NCBI RefSeq assembly: GCF_035594765.1
Contig: NW_026943828.1
Span: 5,175,175-5,239,174, forward strand
DNA: 64,000 nucleotides
Reading direction: 5' to 3'
Origin: Anolis carolinensis
Lineage: Eukaryota
The notes beneath the pieces were generated by a model. That model did not search any database. It had not been told where the DNA came from and saw only the letters and a program-made list of their open reading frames with translations. Of this stretch, positions 1 through 13,059 are shown in pieces (position 1 is the stretch's first letter; each line of letters begins with the position of its first letter). A program made the position numbers and the translations under genes.

Positions 1-2439
1 ACACGGTAATCAGATCTTTTACTAATGGCATAGGGTATTTATTGTCCTTTGTAATTGCATTTAAATTGCGATAGTCAATGCACAGTCTTAAAGAGTTGTC
101 TTTCTCCTAAATAATACGGGGGCTCCCAAAGGGGAGCTGGATGGCTTAATGAAGCCCCGCGCCAGGTTTTTATCAATATATTTCCTCAATTCCTCCTTCT
201 CCTGAACAGACATAGGGTAAACCTTTGGTTTAGGTAAGTTTGCCCCTGGGGTTATTTCGATCCCCACTTCTATATTCCTTTTGGGAGGTAATTTACTTGC
301 TTCTTTCTGATTGAACACATCCACAAAGTCTCTATATTCAGGGGGCAACAGTTCTTGGTTTATTTCCTCCGGTTCATTTCCCTCGCTCTCTTCCCCTGCT
401 ATCTTGCTTATTTCCCATTGTGTTTGTTGCTCTTTAAATGACATGCTCTTTCCCCTCCAATCTACTTCGGGGTTTGCCTGCTCCAGCCACGGGATCCCAA
501 GTATTACATTATACGTGGCAATAGGGGCTACCACAAAGGATATTCCTCCCTCCCACTTGCCTACTTTACACGGGATCCCCTGTATTTCTTTCGTGGATGC
601 CTCCCCAGCAGCAACCGATCCGTCCAATTGCGCGAACGCAATCGGAGCTTTCAGTTCAGTTTGCTGGCATTTCAGCGCCTCCGCTAATTCTGGAGTTATA
701 ATGTTCCTAGAGCAGCCGCAATCCACGAATGCTCTACAGGTGGCTCGATTCTCTAGCCCCGATAGGCAGATAGGCACTACTATCATGCATTTGTCTTGAC
801 TCACCAGCTGCTCCGGGGGTTCTGGGGCTCGCACCTCCTCCTCCGCTCGTCTCCCGGCTGCTGGCGTGGGTTTTACGGCTTTGGGGGGCTCCCCCTTCCG
901 GGCCCAACATTCTGCCGCCCGATGGCCCGTCTTTCCACACACAAAGCATCCTGTCTTGGGTTTGTTGTCGTCTCCTTTGGAGGGGATCCCGGGCCGCCCT
1001 CCTGGTCGCTCCTGCTTCCGCGTTTCTCCCCGACCCCTCGTTGCCGGTCGCTGCTGGGCGCCGCCGCTCCGAAAGCGCCTTACTTGGGACAGGGTGGATT
1101 CAACGTGCCCTGCCAATTGAATCCATCCCTGTAATGACTCCGGGTCATCTCTGTGCGCCGCCCAGCTGAATATCTCGGGGCGCAGTCCCTCTTTGAATAT
1201 CTCCACTTTGGTCACTTTGGACCATTCTGGTACCCTTTCTGCGAGATGGAGGAATTCTTCTGCATACTCGGGCACCGTTTTGTCCCTTTGTTTTATGACC
1301 TTAAGTTGATCACGGGCTCTTAATTGCTCCAGCGGGTCTCTGAAACGGTTCTCTAGCGCGGCCAGGAATTGGGGCACTGACTTCAAGCACGGGTCGCGTC
1401 TGGCATGTAACTGCACATACCAGCTGGCCGCCCCCCTTTTTAGGGTATTACCAATGGCCCGAATCATGCTTCCTTCGGAGGGGAATGTGTGCGCATTGTC
1501 CTCCATGTATCCTCTGATGCCAATGAGGAAAAAGTTCAGCTCGGATGATTCCCCTCCGTATTCCAATTTGAGCTCCTCTCTCCTAGGCATCCATTCTGTG
1601 GCCCGTTGTCTCTGCATGGGTGGTCTGGGGAAGAGTTGCATCGGGTTCCCTTGGGCGGCCCCTTTGACCACGCCGCGCCCCAGCCCGGCGGTTGTTCCCC
1701 GCGGCTCTCAAAATTCTGCCGCTGCCATCGGCCCTTCCACCCATCTGAATGCGGGCCCTGCTGTAGCCCCCGCACCTCGCCTTCCTTCGTCGTACGGCGC
1801 ATCCTCCCCATCTCCATGGATCTCCGGCTCCTCTTCGCCTTCCTCCGCCAACCCACTGGACCCGATCCCTGGTCCCAGCGGCCTTTCAACCCCGACGCCC
1901 ATTCGGGGGGTTGGGAGTCCTGTTGGAGTTGGCGGCCTCAGAGTTCCCAATGCTTGCTGGCGATCCACCTCGCGCGCCATCCTCTCTCGGAACTCCAGCT
2001 CCTGCCAGTACTCCTCGTCTCCGTCGCCGCCTGCCGCTGCTGGGCTCTGCGTCGATGCGCGCTGGCCCCTCTGGCTCCAAGCCTCGTCCTTACTCGGCTC
2101 TCTTTCGGCACCGTATCGAGTGGGCTCCCTCTGGAGATTCTCTTCCAACAGCGGCACCAATCTTCCCACGGTTTCCGACAGCCTGGACAAGTTGGTCTCC
2201 AAGATGGACAACCGTAGGGCCACGGTCTCCGGCATGCTCCCTCCAGACCCCCAACTGGTCTCTGCAGCCGCCGAGACGCCTCTTCCTCCTCTAGGGATCC
2301 TCTGGGTCACTCTGTTAGGTCTGGGGTAGCCGGTAGAGGAAGCGATGGCTTGTAGCGTTTCCTCTCCCAGCGGCCGAACCTCTGGCAGGGGCCCCTCTGC
2401 CCCCTTCGGGCTCTGGTCGCCCCTTCCACTCATTGTCAC
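1..2439 (-). pseudogene. gag-pol polyprotein, disrupted by an in-frame TGA (1708-1710) and a frameshift near 100
   Basis: ORFs 1708..2439 and 88..1671 are in the same frame, separated by TGA plus 12 sense codons; RT continues in another frame after FRRK. Confidence 0.9.
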
Positions 2440-2486
2440 TTCACTGCGACTCCGCAGGAGGGTGAGAATGGGATTCTCGACTTAAA

Positions 2487-3006
2487 TGTCACGCTCACTT
2501 CAAACGACCAGCATGAACGCAGATCAAAGACAGCTGCTCTCAAAACCAATCTTTATTGAAGAACACACGACTTGGAAAAAGTCGAGAATGACATAATGTT
2601 TACATACAACCACTTTTATTACCTTTGCTACTACGTCACATCACACGTAAATATCATCACCAAAACCCCACCCCCTGTATCACATTTCTACCATTTTCAC
2701 ACAAACTACTCATTATACTTGTTTACATTTTCACTCCACCAGTTCCCAGGCTGTGCTGCCAGGTGTTCCAGGAGCGCGCTTTGTTATGGCTCCAATTTCC
2801 AGAGCTTGCAGACTCAGCTCTGGGAATTGGCCCCAGCATCCATTTCCACCTCAGGATCCCCACATAAATCCTGCTCAGAAGACTCCCCATCAGTCTCCCT
2901 GACCCTTTTCCTAAACAAATCCTCCAATGAGCCCTCCTCGCGAGGGCTTTTCCTTCCTCTCCTAATCCCACCACTATCATTCACAGTCTCTGAAGGCGCA
3001 TTCACA
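2487..3006 (-). repeat. 5' LTR (about 520 bp)
   Basis: Minus strand starts TGTGAA and ends GTGACA; TATA-like TAATAAAA about 32 nt before the predicted start (2589); AATAAA at 2552-2557; the flank right of 3006 resumes an L1 fragment. Confidence 0.85.
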
Positions 3007-3605
3007 ACAAGAATACTTTGAATACAGTAATAGAAACTCCAAATTATTAGCCAAGGCAGCACACATTAGAAAGGAAAAAATTAATAACATCCATTAAAGA
3101 CAAGGAAGGTAAGAATCATACAAGGATGGAAGACAAAATATTAACTTTTCCAAGATCATATCAAGAACTATACTTGGCAAAAGAAAACTCCAAAAGTAAA
3201 ATAGAGGAATATATTGAGAAATATTGGAAAATAAAGATCCAGGAAACAGATAAATTAGTTATGGAACTAAGAGTATTAAAACAAATAAAATTAATTTATT
3301 TGCAGAAGATACCCATTTATCAGTGGAAAACCCAATACAACAATGGGGAAAAAATGAAAATTACCTAGAAGAATTTGGGAAAATTAAAAGTTTTGCAAAT
3401 TAACTGGAACAAGTCAGAAGTGTAGTTATTTAATTATCACTAAGAAGAGATTTAAAAAATAAAACAGGAGGGGATAATTAAAATTAAAGACAATTAAGGA
3501 TCTGGGAATAAATGTTATAGAGAATTAGAAGATTTAGATACTAATAATTTTATTAAACTAAGAAAGGAAATAAATATACAATTATTAGAATATGCTAAAC
3601 TCAAA
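3007..3605 (+). mobile_element. Degenerate L1-clade ORF2 fragment
   Basis: YFEYSNRNSKLLAK...IKDKEG...YQELY linker-type sequence; homologous to 8270-8410 and 54775-55615. Confidence 0.7.
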
Positions 3606-3653
3606 TTGATGTCTATTCCATGAAAAGCTCTGTCCACACTCCATGCATTTCTA

Positions 3654-3767
<114 letters not shown>

Positions 3768-3818
3768 TCAACGTAGTTCTGAACTATGAGCAAAGCTCTG
3801 TCCACACTCCAGGCATTT

Positions 3819-5264
3819 TTAGGGCTTCTCCCCAGTGTGAGTCCATTGATGTGAACGTAGGCCTGAACTATGAGTGAAGCTCTGTCCACACTCCAGGCAT
3901 TTATAGGGTTTCTCCCCAGTGTGAGTCCTTTGATGTGAACGTAGTCCTGAACTCTGAGTGAAGCTCTGTCCACACTCCAGGCATTTATAGGGTTTCTCCC
4001 CAGTGTGAGTCCTTTGATGTGAACGTAGTCCTGAACTCTGAGTGAAGCTCTGTCCACACTCCAGGCAGTTATGGGGTTTCTCCCCAGTGTGGGTCCTTTG
4101 ATGTCTATGTAAGCTTCCCTTCTGAGTGAAGCTCTGTCCACACTCCAGGCAGTTATAGGGTTTCTCCCCAGTGTGGGTCCTTTGATGTCTATGTAGATGT
4201 GAATTATGAGTGAAGCTCTGTCCACACTCCAGGCAGTTATAGGGTTTCTCCCCAGTGTGAGTCCTTTGATGTTTATGCAAGCTTCCCTTCTGAGTGAAGC
4301 TCTGTCCACACTCCAGGCAGTTATAGGTTTTCTCCCCAGTGTGAGTCCTTTGATGGGAACGTAGGCCTGAACTATGAGCAAAGCTCTGTCCACACTCCAG
4401 GCATTTATAGGGTTTCTCCCCAGTGTGGGTCCTTTGATGTGAACGTAGTCCTGAACTACGAGCAAAGCTCTGTCCACACTCCAGGCATTTATAGGGTTTC
4501 TCCCCAGTGTGAGTCCTTTGATGTGAATGTAAGGTTCCCTTCTGAGAGAAGCTCTGTCCACACTCCAGGCAGTTATAGGGTTTCTCCCCAGTGTGGGTCC
4601 TTTGATGTCTATGTAGATGTGAATTATGAGAGAAACTCTGTCCACACTCCAGGCATTTATAGGGCTTCTCTCCAGTGTGAGTCCTTTGATGTCTATGTAA
4701 GCTTCCCTTCTGAGTGAAGCTCTGTCCACACTCCAGGCAGTTATAGGGTTTCTCCCCAGTGTGAGTCCTTTGATGTCTTTGTAAGTGTCCATTCTCAGTG
4801 AAGCTCTGTCCACAATCCAGGCATTTATAGGGTTTCTCCCCAGTGTGAGTTCTTTGATGTGTATGTAAGTGTCCCTTCTGAGTGAAGCTCTGTCCACACT
4901 CCAGGCAGTTATAGGGTTTCTCCCCAGTGTGAGTCCTTTGATGTGAACGTAGAGCTGAACTCTGAGTGAAGCTCTGTCCACACTCCAGGCATTTATAGGG
5001 TTTCTCCCCAGTGTGAGTCCTTTGATGTGTATGTAAATTTCCCTTCTGAGTGAAGCTCTGTCCACATTCCAGGCAGTTATAGGGTTTCTCCCCAGTGTGA
5101 GTCCTTTGATGTGTATGTAAGCTTCCCTTCTGAGTGAAGCTCTGTCCACACTCCAGGCAGTTATAGGGTTTCTCCCCAGTGTGAGTCCTTTGATGTGCCT
5201 TCAGCTTTCCATGCTGACTAAAGCTCTTTCCACTTTCGATACATTTATATGCTTTCTTCTCCAT
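3819..5264 (-). CDS. C2H2 zinc-finger protein ZF1, 17 units (first has C>S), no effector domain seen
   Basis: 28-aa repeats CxxC...HQRTH with TGEKP linkers; ATG in gacATGG context at 5264; TAA stop with two further finger units beyond it. Confidence 0.9.
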   Translation of the reverse strand: MEKKAYKCIESGKSFSQHGKLKAHQRTHTGEKPYNCLECGQSFTQKGSLHTHQRTHTGEKPYNCLECGQSFTQKGNLHTHQRTHTGEKPYKCLECGQSFTQSSALRSHQRTHTGEKPYNCLECGQSFTQKGHLHTHQRTHTGEKPYKCLDCGQSFTENGHLQRHQRTHTGEKPYNCLECGQSFTQKGSLHRHQRTHTGEKPYKCLECGQSFSHNSHLHRHQRTHTGEKPYNCLECGQSFSQKGTLHSHQRTHTGEKPYKCLECGQSFARSSGLRSHQRTHTGEKPYKCLECGQSFAHSSGLRSHQRTHTGEKTYNCLECGQSFTQKGSLHKHQRTHTGEKPYNCLECGQSFTHNSHLHRHQRTHTGEKPYNCLECGQSFTQKGSLHRHQRTHTGEKPHNCLECGQSFTQSSGLRSHQRTHTGEKPYKCLECGQSFTQSSGLRSHQRTHTGEKPYKCLECGQSFTHSSGLRSHQWTHTGEKP

Positions 5265-5334
5265 GTCAGCAGTGTTATGTATATTTAATTCTAAAAAGGA
5301 CACTTGATTCTTGTTTTTCCCTTTCTGATTACTC

Positions 5335-5574
5335 ACAGCAGTGGGTTCAAATTACAGGAAAGTGGATTCTTCCTGAACATTAAGAACTTCCTGACTGTTA
5401 GAGCTGTTCAGCAGTGGAACTCTCTGCCTCAAAATGCAGTGGAGGCTCCTCTGGAATCTTTTAAACAGAGGTCAGATGCTCATCTGTCAGGGGTACTTTG
5501 CACGTTTCCTGCACGGCAGAGGCCTGGACTGGGTGCCTCATGCAGTCTCTTCCGACTCTATGGTTCTACTCTAT
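5335..5574 (+). mobile_element. CR1 LINE 3' fragment, antisense to ZF1
   Basis: [50 protein letters not shown] matches the CR1 ORF2 C-terminus, followed by a short 3' UTR and TTCTA-type tail. Confidence 0.85.
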
Positions 5575-7043
5575 AATCCAAAGTGAATGTAGGAATTCTG
5601 CAGGATCAGCCACTTGAGAGGAATCCTTTTTCCTAGGGGACTGGTTTTCTTACTGCACTTTGGTTTCCAAATGCCTCAATATCTACTAGAAGCTGGTTCA
5701 TTTCCCATCACGGCAGGGGTGACTCCAGAGAACTCTCATGTCCTGGTCAAGAAAGAAGAAGCAAAAGGTTAGACATGAAGTCGCGTACCTCTGGCTCAAG
5801 GTAACAAAGCAAAAAGGGAAAGAAGAAAGGAAAGGTGGAAGGAAGGGAGGAAACACAGAAGGAGGGAACTGAACCCTTTTCCCATATTGGAGGACCACAC
5901 TAATTTCATTGGGTCAAATCCAAACATGGTTAAAGGAACACAAGGCAGGCAGAATTCCTCCCAACATTCAAGGGTGTAACATATTCTGGATCATGGATTT
6001 CTGTGAATTACCAGTATTGTGCTAAATGCTCAAAGGAAAAAGGATTTCTTTATTGGTTGTGTCATTATCTCCCCTGCCACAGGGACCCCCAACTCTGCTT
6101 CCTCGGCATCTCAAAGGGTCACTCCGGCCACATTTCCCAAATGAATCTTCCAAACTAAGAAGGACCTGCCTTCTCAACTGGCTAATTCACAACCACGTTC
6201 ACAAATTGAGTCCATGCTGAACTAAGTTCCATTAGGCATTCTTGCATTCCCTCTGTTGAGCCCATGATGAGATGCAAAGACAGGCACAGCTCCAGCCACA
6301 AAGCCTCCTTCCTGCCGACTCCCTTCACCTTTTCCCACTTCCCCCTTTCCTTCTTTTTCCTCCATCCAGGGGAAATCCAAAGAAAACTGGAGGCCATGGA
6401 GAGAAAAGGTCTTCCTTGGATGCCTTTGGGAAGAACCTTCAAGGGGTCTCCACATGGCCTGAAAGGTTATCCCTTGATTCTGTAAGGCTGAAAACATAAA
6501 TGACTGGGAGAAGAACTGGCATCAGAGGGAACTTCCAAAAGAAAGGGCCTGGTATTCTATCTCCCCAAACTCTGGCAACTGCAAATGGTTAAGACAGATA
6601 TAGAAGGAAGGTTTCTAATGGTAACGATGGAACTACAAACAATTACTCAAGTATAAGCCGGCTTTTCAGCATGTTTTTAATGCTGCAAAAGCCCCCCTTG
6701 GCTTATACTCAGGTGAGGGAGGGAAGGAGGGAGACGGGTGTTGCTGAGAGGCAGCTGTCACCGTTTGCAGTCCTTGTCCTTGTGACTGAACGAAAGAGGG
6801 TGCCTCCCTGAGGGAACAAGGCTGCACTTGAGTGAGGGCGAAGAGGTCCTCAACTTCACCACCGGCAGATGAGTGAGACTGACAAGGAGGAGGAGCCGGG
6901 CACTTCTTCCTCAGCGCATCCACAGCAGAAAAGCATGAGCTTGCCCTCCCTCCACTAAAGCCTTGTTTCCTCAAGGAGGCTCCTGGCCCTCGACACCCGA
7001 CCGAAGAGGAGGAGGAGGAGGAGGCAGAGGAGAGAGAGGAGGA

Positions 7044-7177
7044 NNNNNNNNNNNNNNNNNNNNNNNNNNNNNNNNNNNNNNNNNNNNNNNNNNNNNNNNN
7101 NNNNNNNNNNNNNNNNNNNNNNNNNNNNNNNNNNNNNNNNNNNNNNNNNNNNNNNNNNNNNNNNNNNNNNNNNNNNN
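7044..7177. other. Assembly gap (134 N)
   Basis: Run of N. Confidence 1.
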
Positions 7178-7779
7178 CCGTGCGGAAAGGCCTTTGAACC
7201 CTCTCCTGCCCAGCCCACACATTCCTGGGTCTAGCGCACACCCTGCCCGCTTTTTATAAAGACCTAAAAACATGGCTGTTCCAATGTGCCTTTGATTAAT
7301 TCCGTTCACTAAATGACTGGATCCCTCTAGCCAGAACTTCATTTTCGACTTGCACTTTACTATTGTCCCTGTCCTGGGTTTGTACTGTGTTCATCTGACT
7401 GGCCCTTCCAGCCTTAACTTCTCATCGGCCTCTCGCACTCTGCCTTCAGCCCTGCTCTCGCAGCTGTATTGCAAAGGCCTTTCCCTTGCCCCAGCTCGGA
7501 AACGGCCATTACACTCAGCTAAATACTGGTGGTTGTAGGATGAATTATCTATTTAATTATGTTCTTTATGATGTTGGTATATGTATTTTTATTGTGTTAT
7601 ATTTTGAACTTTGATTGAGTTTGGTCCCCATGTAAGCTGTCCTGCGTCCCTTCAGGGAGATGGTGGCGGGATACAAAAATAAAATGGTCATCATCATCAT
7701 CATCATCATCATCATTAGGGGGACAGAGTGTGGCACAATATGGTGTTATTCTTTACAGGGACCAACAAAGAATGCAAGC

Positions 7780-8410
7780 GAAATGGTGGATGAGATGAAG
7801 GTGATATCGCTCAACTGCCAAGGCCTTGGCTACTGCTATAAACGGAAGATGATTACAAATAATAATAATAATTTATTTCTTATATCCGGCCTCCATCTCT
7901 CCAAGGGGACTTGGGGCGGCTTACGTGGGGACAAAGCCCTAAAATCAACAGTTGACATATGCATAAAAACAGTAGGAGTTACAAAATATAAATACATAGC
8001 AAGAACCAAACAATTTTAAAACTTTAAGATAAAACACATAGCATATCAGTTAGACAGGGGAGTGGGGCTGTTGAGGATTACGTGGGAGGGGCTGACTTGT
8101 GCAAACATGAATAGTGGAACCAGAGTGGAGTAAAGTGCTAGGAGCCGGCAAGGCGATTTGGACTGTATGATGAAAGTGCAGCTGATTATTCTATATAAAA
8201 GCATTAGCAACGAGAAAACAGCTAGCAAAACATGAGTTAGAAAGGACTCAAAAAGATTTGATATTTTTAAATAGAGAATACTTTGAATACAGTAATACAG
8301 AAACTCCAAATTATTAGCCAAAGCAGCACATGTTAGAAAGGGAAGAAAATAATAACATCCATTAAAGACAAGGAAGGTAAGAATCATACAAGGATGGAAG
8401 ACAAAATATT
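7780..8410 (+). mobile_element. L1-clade ORF2 remnant (endonuclease start and linker), interrupted by an antisense LINE/SINE tail
   Basis: MKVISLNCQGLG..KRK resembles the APE N-terminus; duplicated at 54270-54910. Confidence 0.6.
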
Positions 8411-9033
8411 ACCGTATATATACCGAAGATAAGCCAAGTTTTTCAGCCCTTATTTATGAGCTGAAAAAGCCTCCCCCGGCTTATAATCGGGTCAAGGTCA
8501 AGCCAGGCAGTGGAGCCTGGAGACTACAGTATGTTTTCTTTTCCAAAACCTCCCTTCTCCGCTTCTCCTCCCAGGCTGGAGTGATCTTATTTTTTAAGAG
8601 AGAGAGAGACAAGAAGAGAATGTTTTCAAAAGCGAAAGAAGAGTGAGTGAGAGCCTCTTGCAAGCCAGGAAGAAGAAAAAGATTGCATGGGTGCAAGGGG
8701 AAGAAAAAGAGAGACTCTTGCAAATTTGCAGGATTTATTATTTTTATTACTATTATTGCAAGAATGTTTGAGTCAATAGGGAGGGAAGGAGGGAAAGGAG
8801 AGGAACAGAAGGTGTGTATTTCTTTTTATTCCCAAGGAAACAAAAATGGGGTGGGTTTTTTGGGAGAGGAAGGGAAGTTTTAAAAAGCCTTTTCTGGCTA
8901 CTTTTAGAGTTTGAAAAGGGATAAATAAAAGAGGTGGGAAAGGGCAGGAGAAAAGAGGCTAAAGTTGTTTTTAGGAGGGCTTTGCTTGCATTTCTTCCTT
9001 GGGCAAATGCATGCCCCAAAGCTTGTAAATAAA

Positions 9034-9919
9034 TCTATATATATAAAAGAGTGATGGCATCAGGGCAACCCACAACACAACAAAACTACAGGCCGCCCAA
9101 CCTCGAAATTTGACAACACAACCCATCATCCACGGCTCCAGTAAGATACAACAACAAAAAAAAGAAAGAAAAATAAAGTCCTAATTAGAGGGAGAGCAAT
9201 AATTGGTTTTTATCCAATTGCTGCCAGTTTAGAGGGCTAATCTCTGCCCACTTCGTCTCCTAGCAACCAATTCAGCCAAGCACAGCCAGGGTTCAGTTAG
9301 GGGACAGGCAGATTTAGGCCTCACTTAGATCTCTTCCACAGATTATCTAATTTGCACTGGATTATATGGCAGTGTAGACTCAAGGCCCTTCCACACAGCT
9401 ATATAACCCATTTATAATCTTATATTATCTGCTTTGCACTGGATTATCTTGACTCCACACTGCCATATAATCCACTTCAGTGTGCATTTTATACGGCTGT
9501 GTAGAAGGGGCCTCATATAATCCAGTTCTAAGCAGATAATATAAGATTATCAACATACAGTAGAGTCTCACTTCTGGACCGAAAGTTTGAATTGGGGGCG
9601 CAGAGAGAGCCCCCACTGTTAGCCCCAGCTTCTGCCAATCCAGAAGTTCGAAAACATGCAAATGTGAGTGCATCAATAGGTACTGCTCCAGTAGGAAGGT
9701 AACGCTGCTCCATGCACTCATCCCACATGACCTTGGAGGAGTCTATGGACAACGCTGGCTCTTCAGCTTAGAAATGGAGATGAGTACCAACCCCCAGAGT
9801 CGGACACGACTGGACTCAGGGAAAAACCTTTACCCTTTACCTTAACTACCACCAATTCCTCAATACTTTATTTCCCATACCACCAGACTTCGCCACAGCG
9901 CATGGCCGGGCACAGCTAG
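9034..9919 (+). mobile_element. Non-autonomous Helitron, copy 1
   Basis: A^TC start (TCTATATATATAAAAGAGTGATGGC), subterminal GC hairpin, CTAG^T end, no TSD. Confidence 0.85.
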
Positions 9920-10194
9920 TATTACATTCCGTCCGCAAGGTCTGTCCGCAAGGGCGTTGCCCAGGGGACGTTGCCCGGATGTTTTGATATTTTTACCATC
10001 CTTGTGGGAAGCTTCTCTCATGTCCCTGCATGGAGCTGGAGCTGATAGAGGGAGCTCATCTGCGCTCTCCCCGGTTGGGATTCGAATCCACTAGGCCACC
10101 GAAGGCTCCTTGTACAAAATAGTAATAGATGGATAATGTTGATACTATGCTATGTTAATAATAGATTATAGTATATATGTATATTATAATGTAG

Positions 10195-10733
10195 TCTATA
10201 TATATAAAAGAGTGATGGCATCAGGGCAGCGGACAAAACAACAAAACTACAGGCCCCCCAACCTCGAAATTTGACAACACAACCCATCATCCACGCCTCT
10301 AGGTTGATACAAGAAAAAGAAAAGAAAAATAAAGTCCTAATTAGAGGGAGAGGAATAATTGTTTTTATCCAATTGCTGCCAGTTACAAGGCTAAGTTCCA
10401 CCCACTTGGTCTCCTAGCAACCTATTCAGCCCAGGGGACAGGCACAAGAATTTGGAGAGACCCCTAAGGGCCATCCAGCCCAACCCTTTCTACTATGCAG
10501 CAGGACACAATACAAGCATTCACAACACATGCACAACGTATAAATACTATAGAATACTACACAGGGACATAGACCACCTCTATCCTCACCACTTTCACAG
10601 TACACAAACAACCAAATGCATACTCAACATAAAGACAACCATACAACAGACATTCAATACCACCACTACCTCAACAATTTCTCACCAACACCACCAGACA
10701 ACACCACAGCAACGTGTGGCCGGGCACAGCTAG
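10195..10733 (+). mobile_element. Non-autonomous Helitron, copy 2
   Basis: Same TC start; CCACAGCAACGTGTGG hairpin then CTAG. Confidence 0.85.
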
Positions 10734-11597
10734 TCTGGCATCACGGCGACCGACAAAACAACAAAACTACAGGGCCCCCAACCTCAAAATTTGACAACAC
10801 AACCCATCATCCACGCCTCTAGGTTGATACAAGAAAAAGAAAAGAAAAATAAAGTCCTAATTAGAGGGAAAGAAATAATTATTTTTATCCAATTGCTGCC
10901 AGTTAGAAGGCTAATCTCTGCCCACTTGGTCTCCTAGCAACTGACTCAGCCGAGGGGACAGGCAGACTTAGGCCTCATTTAGGCCTCTTCCACAGATTAT
11001 CTAATTTGCACTGGATTATATGGCAGTGTAGACTCAAGGCCCTTCCACACAGCTATATAACCCATTTATAATTTTATGTTATCTGCTTTGCACTGGATTA
11101 TCTTGACTCCACACTACCATATAATCCACTTCAGTGTGCATTTTATACAGCTGTGAAGAAGGGGCCTCATATAATCCAGCAAGGCCATTACATCCTAATC
11201 ATTTTTCCTAACTGCAGCATTCATACTTGCCTCCAACAGACAAAAAAAAATCAGAAATATTGTATATTCACAACTTTTAGGAAATAATATCCCCTGATGG
11301 CGCAGCGTGTTAAAGCGCTGAGCTGCTGAACTTCTGGACCGAAAGGTTTGAATTGGGAGGAGCGGAGAGAGCCCCCACTGTTAGCCCCAGCTTCTGCCAA
11401 CCCAGAAGTTCAAAAACATGTGAGTGCATCAATAGGTACTGCTCGCCGGCTCTTTGGCTTAGAAATGGAGATGAGCACCAACCCCCAGAGTCAGGGGGAA
11501 ATGTTTACCCTTGACCTTAACTACCACCATTTCCTCAATACTTTATTTCCCAGACCACCAGACTTCGCCACAGCAACGCGTGGCCGGGCACAGCTAG
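10734..11597 (+). mobile_element. Non-autonomous Helitron, copy 3, with internal Sauria SINE fragment (about 11290-11520)
   Basis: TC directly follows the CTAG of copy 2; GCCACAGCAACGCGTGGC hairpin then CTAG^T. Confidence 0.85.
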
Positions 11598-11710
11598 TAC
11601 AATATAATATTACACTATTGTATATTACATATTACATGTAACATTGCAAATAATATTGCAGTATAGTAAAATATAGTAATAGATAATGCTGATATTGTGC
11701 TATGCTAATA

Positions 11711-12018
11711 CAGTAGATTCTCACCTATCCAACACTCACTTATCCAACGTTCTGGATTATCCAAGGCATTTTTGTAGTCAATGTTTTCAATACATTGTGA
11801 TAAATTCGTAAATACAGTAATTACTACATAACATTACTGCGTATTGAACTACTTTTTCTGTCAAATTTGTTGTATAACATGATGTTTTGTTTCTTAATGT
11901 GTAAAATCATAACCTAATTTGATGTTTAATAGGCTTTTGCTTAATCCCTCTTTATTATCCAACATATTCGCTTATCCAACGTTCTGTCGGCCTGTTTATG
12001 TTGGATGAGACTCTACTG
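11711..12018. mobile_element. Tc1/mariner-pogo type MITE
   Basis: TIR CAGTAGA(G/T)TCTCA...TGAGACTCTACTG flanked by TA on both sides. Confidence 0.85.
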
Positions 12019-12059
12019 TAGTATAAAATAATAATATAATGTAATACAATATAATTCTA

Positions 12060-12690
12060 ATACTTTAATACAATATAATAATATCAATTACATCTTATAT
12101 ATTACATGTAAGTACTAATAATATTGCAGTATAATGGTATAGTACAATATAGTAATAGATAATGCTGACATTGTGCTATGCTAATAATATATTATAGTAT
12201 ATACGTATAATATTATAATGTACAACAATGTAAGAATACTACACTATTATAATTGTATATTACATATTACATGTAATATTGCAAATAATATTGCAGTATA
12301 ATACAATATATTAATAGATAATGCTGATATTGTGCTATGCTAATAATGTATTATAGTATATACGTATAATATTATAATGTACTGCAATGTAATAATACTA
12401 CACTATTATAATTGTACATTATATTTTATATGTAATATTGCTATTAATATTGCAGTATTGTGGTATGGTGCAATATAGTAATAGATAATGCTGATATTGT
12501 GCTATGTTAATAATATATTATAGTATATACGTATAATATTATAATGTACTGCAATGTAAGAATACTACACTATTATAATTGTATATTACATATTACATGT
12601 AATATTGCAAATAATATTGCAGTATAGTACAATAGAATGATAGATAATGCTGATATTGTGCTATGCTAATATTATAGTATACTGTATGTA
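12060..12690. repeat. AT-rich tandem repeat, about 160-165 bp unit, about 4 copies
   Basis: ATAGATAATGCTGA(T/C)ATTGTGCTATG recurs near 12155, 12314, 12481 and 12640. Confidence 0.8.
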
Positions 12691-13059
12691 CATATTTATT
12701 TATTTATTAGCGACATTTGTATCCCGCTCTTCTCACCCCGAAGGAAACTCAGGGCGGTTTACAAATATATATACATACAATATATTATGTCATACGACTA
12801 TATTGCAATAGTATTAGTAATATTGCATGTAATATAAATATAGAATTATAATAGTGAATTATAATTATTATTACATTGTATTACATCATATTATTATTAT
12901 TAGTATTACATGTATATACAATAGTATAATATGATTATATTATTGATATCATATCATTGCTAAGCCGCTGTGAGTCCCCTTCGGGGTGAGAAGGGCGGGA
13001 TAGAAATGCAGTAAACAATAAACACATAAACAAACAAGTCCAAAGGGAGGGGGAAGGGG

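Larger units (their letters stand above)
1..3006 (-). mobile_element. Ty3/Gypsy LTR retrotransposon (Tf1/sushi-like), 5' LTR plus gag, protease and start of RT; continues off the left edge
   Basis: Capsid-like region, CCHC knuckle CFVCGKTGHRAAEC, aspartic protease AFVDCGCS, RT start PKVYPMS...GFIKPSSSPLGAPVLF then (shifted frame) [11 protein letters not shown]...KYPMP; upstream LTR bounded TG...CA. Confidence 0.95.
5240..7755. repeat. Upstream block of ZF1, inverted-duplicated at about 60633-63050 and partly at 35505-37120
   Basis: Near-identical ORF-track peptides on opposite strands (6026+ vs 62074-, 6264+ vs 61814-, 7350+ vs 60848-). Confidence 0.92.

Noticed and set aside
1454-2329. 291-aa plus-strand ORF
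   Set aside because: Antisense shadow of GC-rich gag with low-complexity composition.
6666-7342. ORFs spanning N runs (also 35640-36297)
   Set aside because: Artefacts of translating through assembly gaps.
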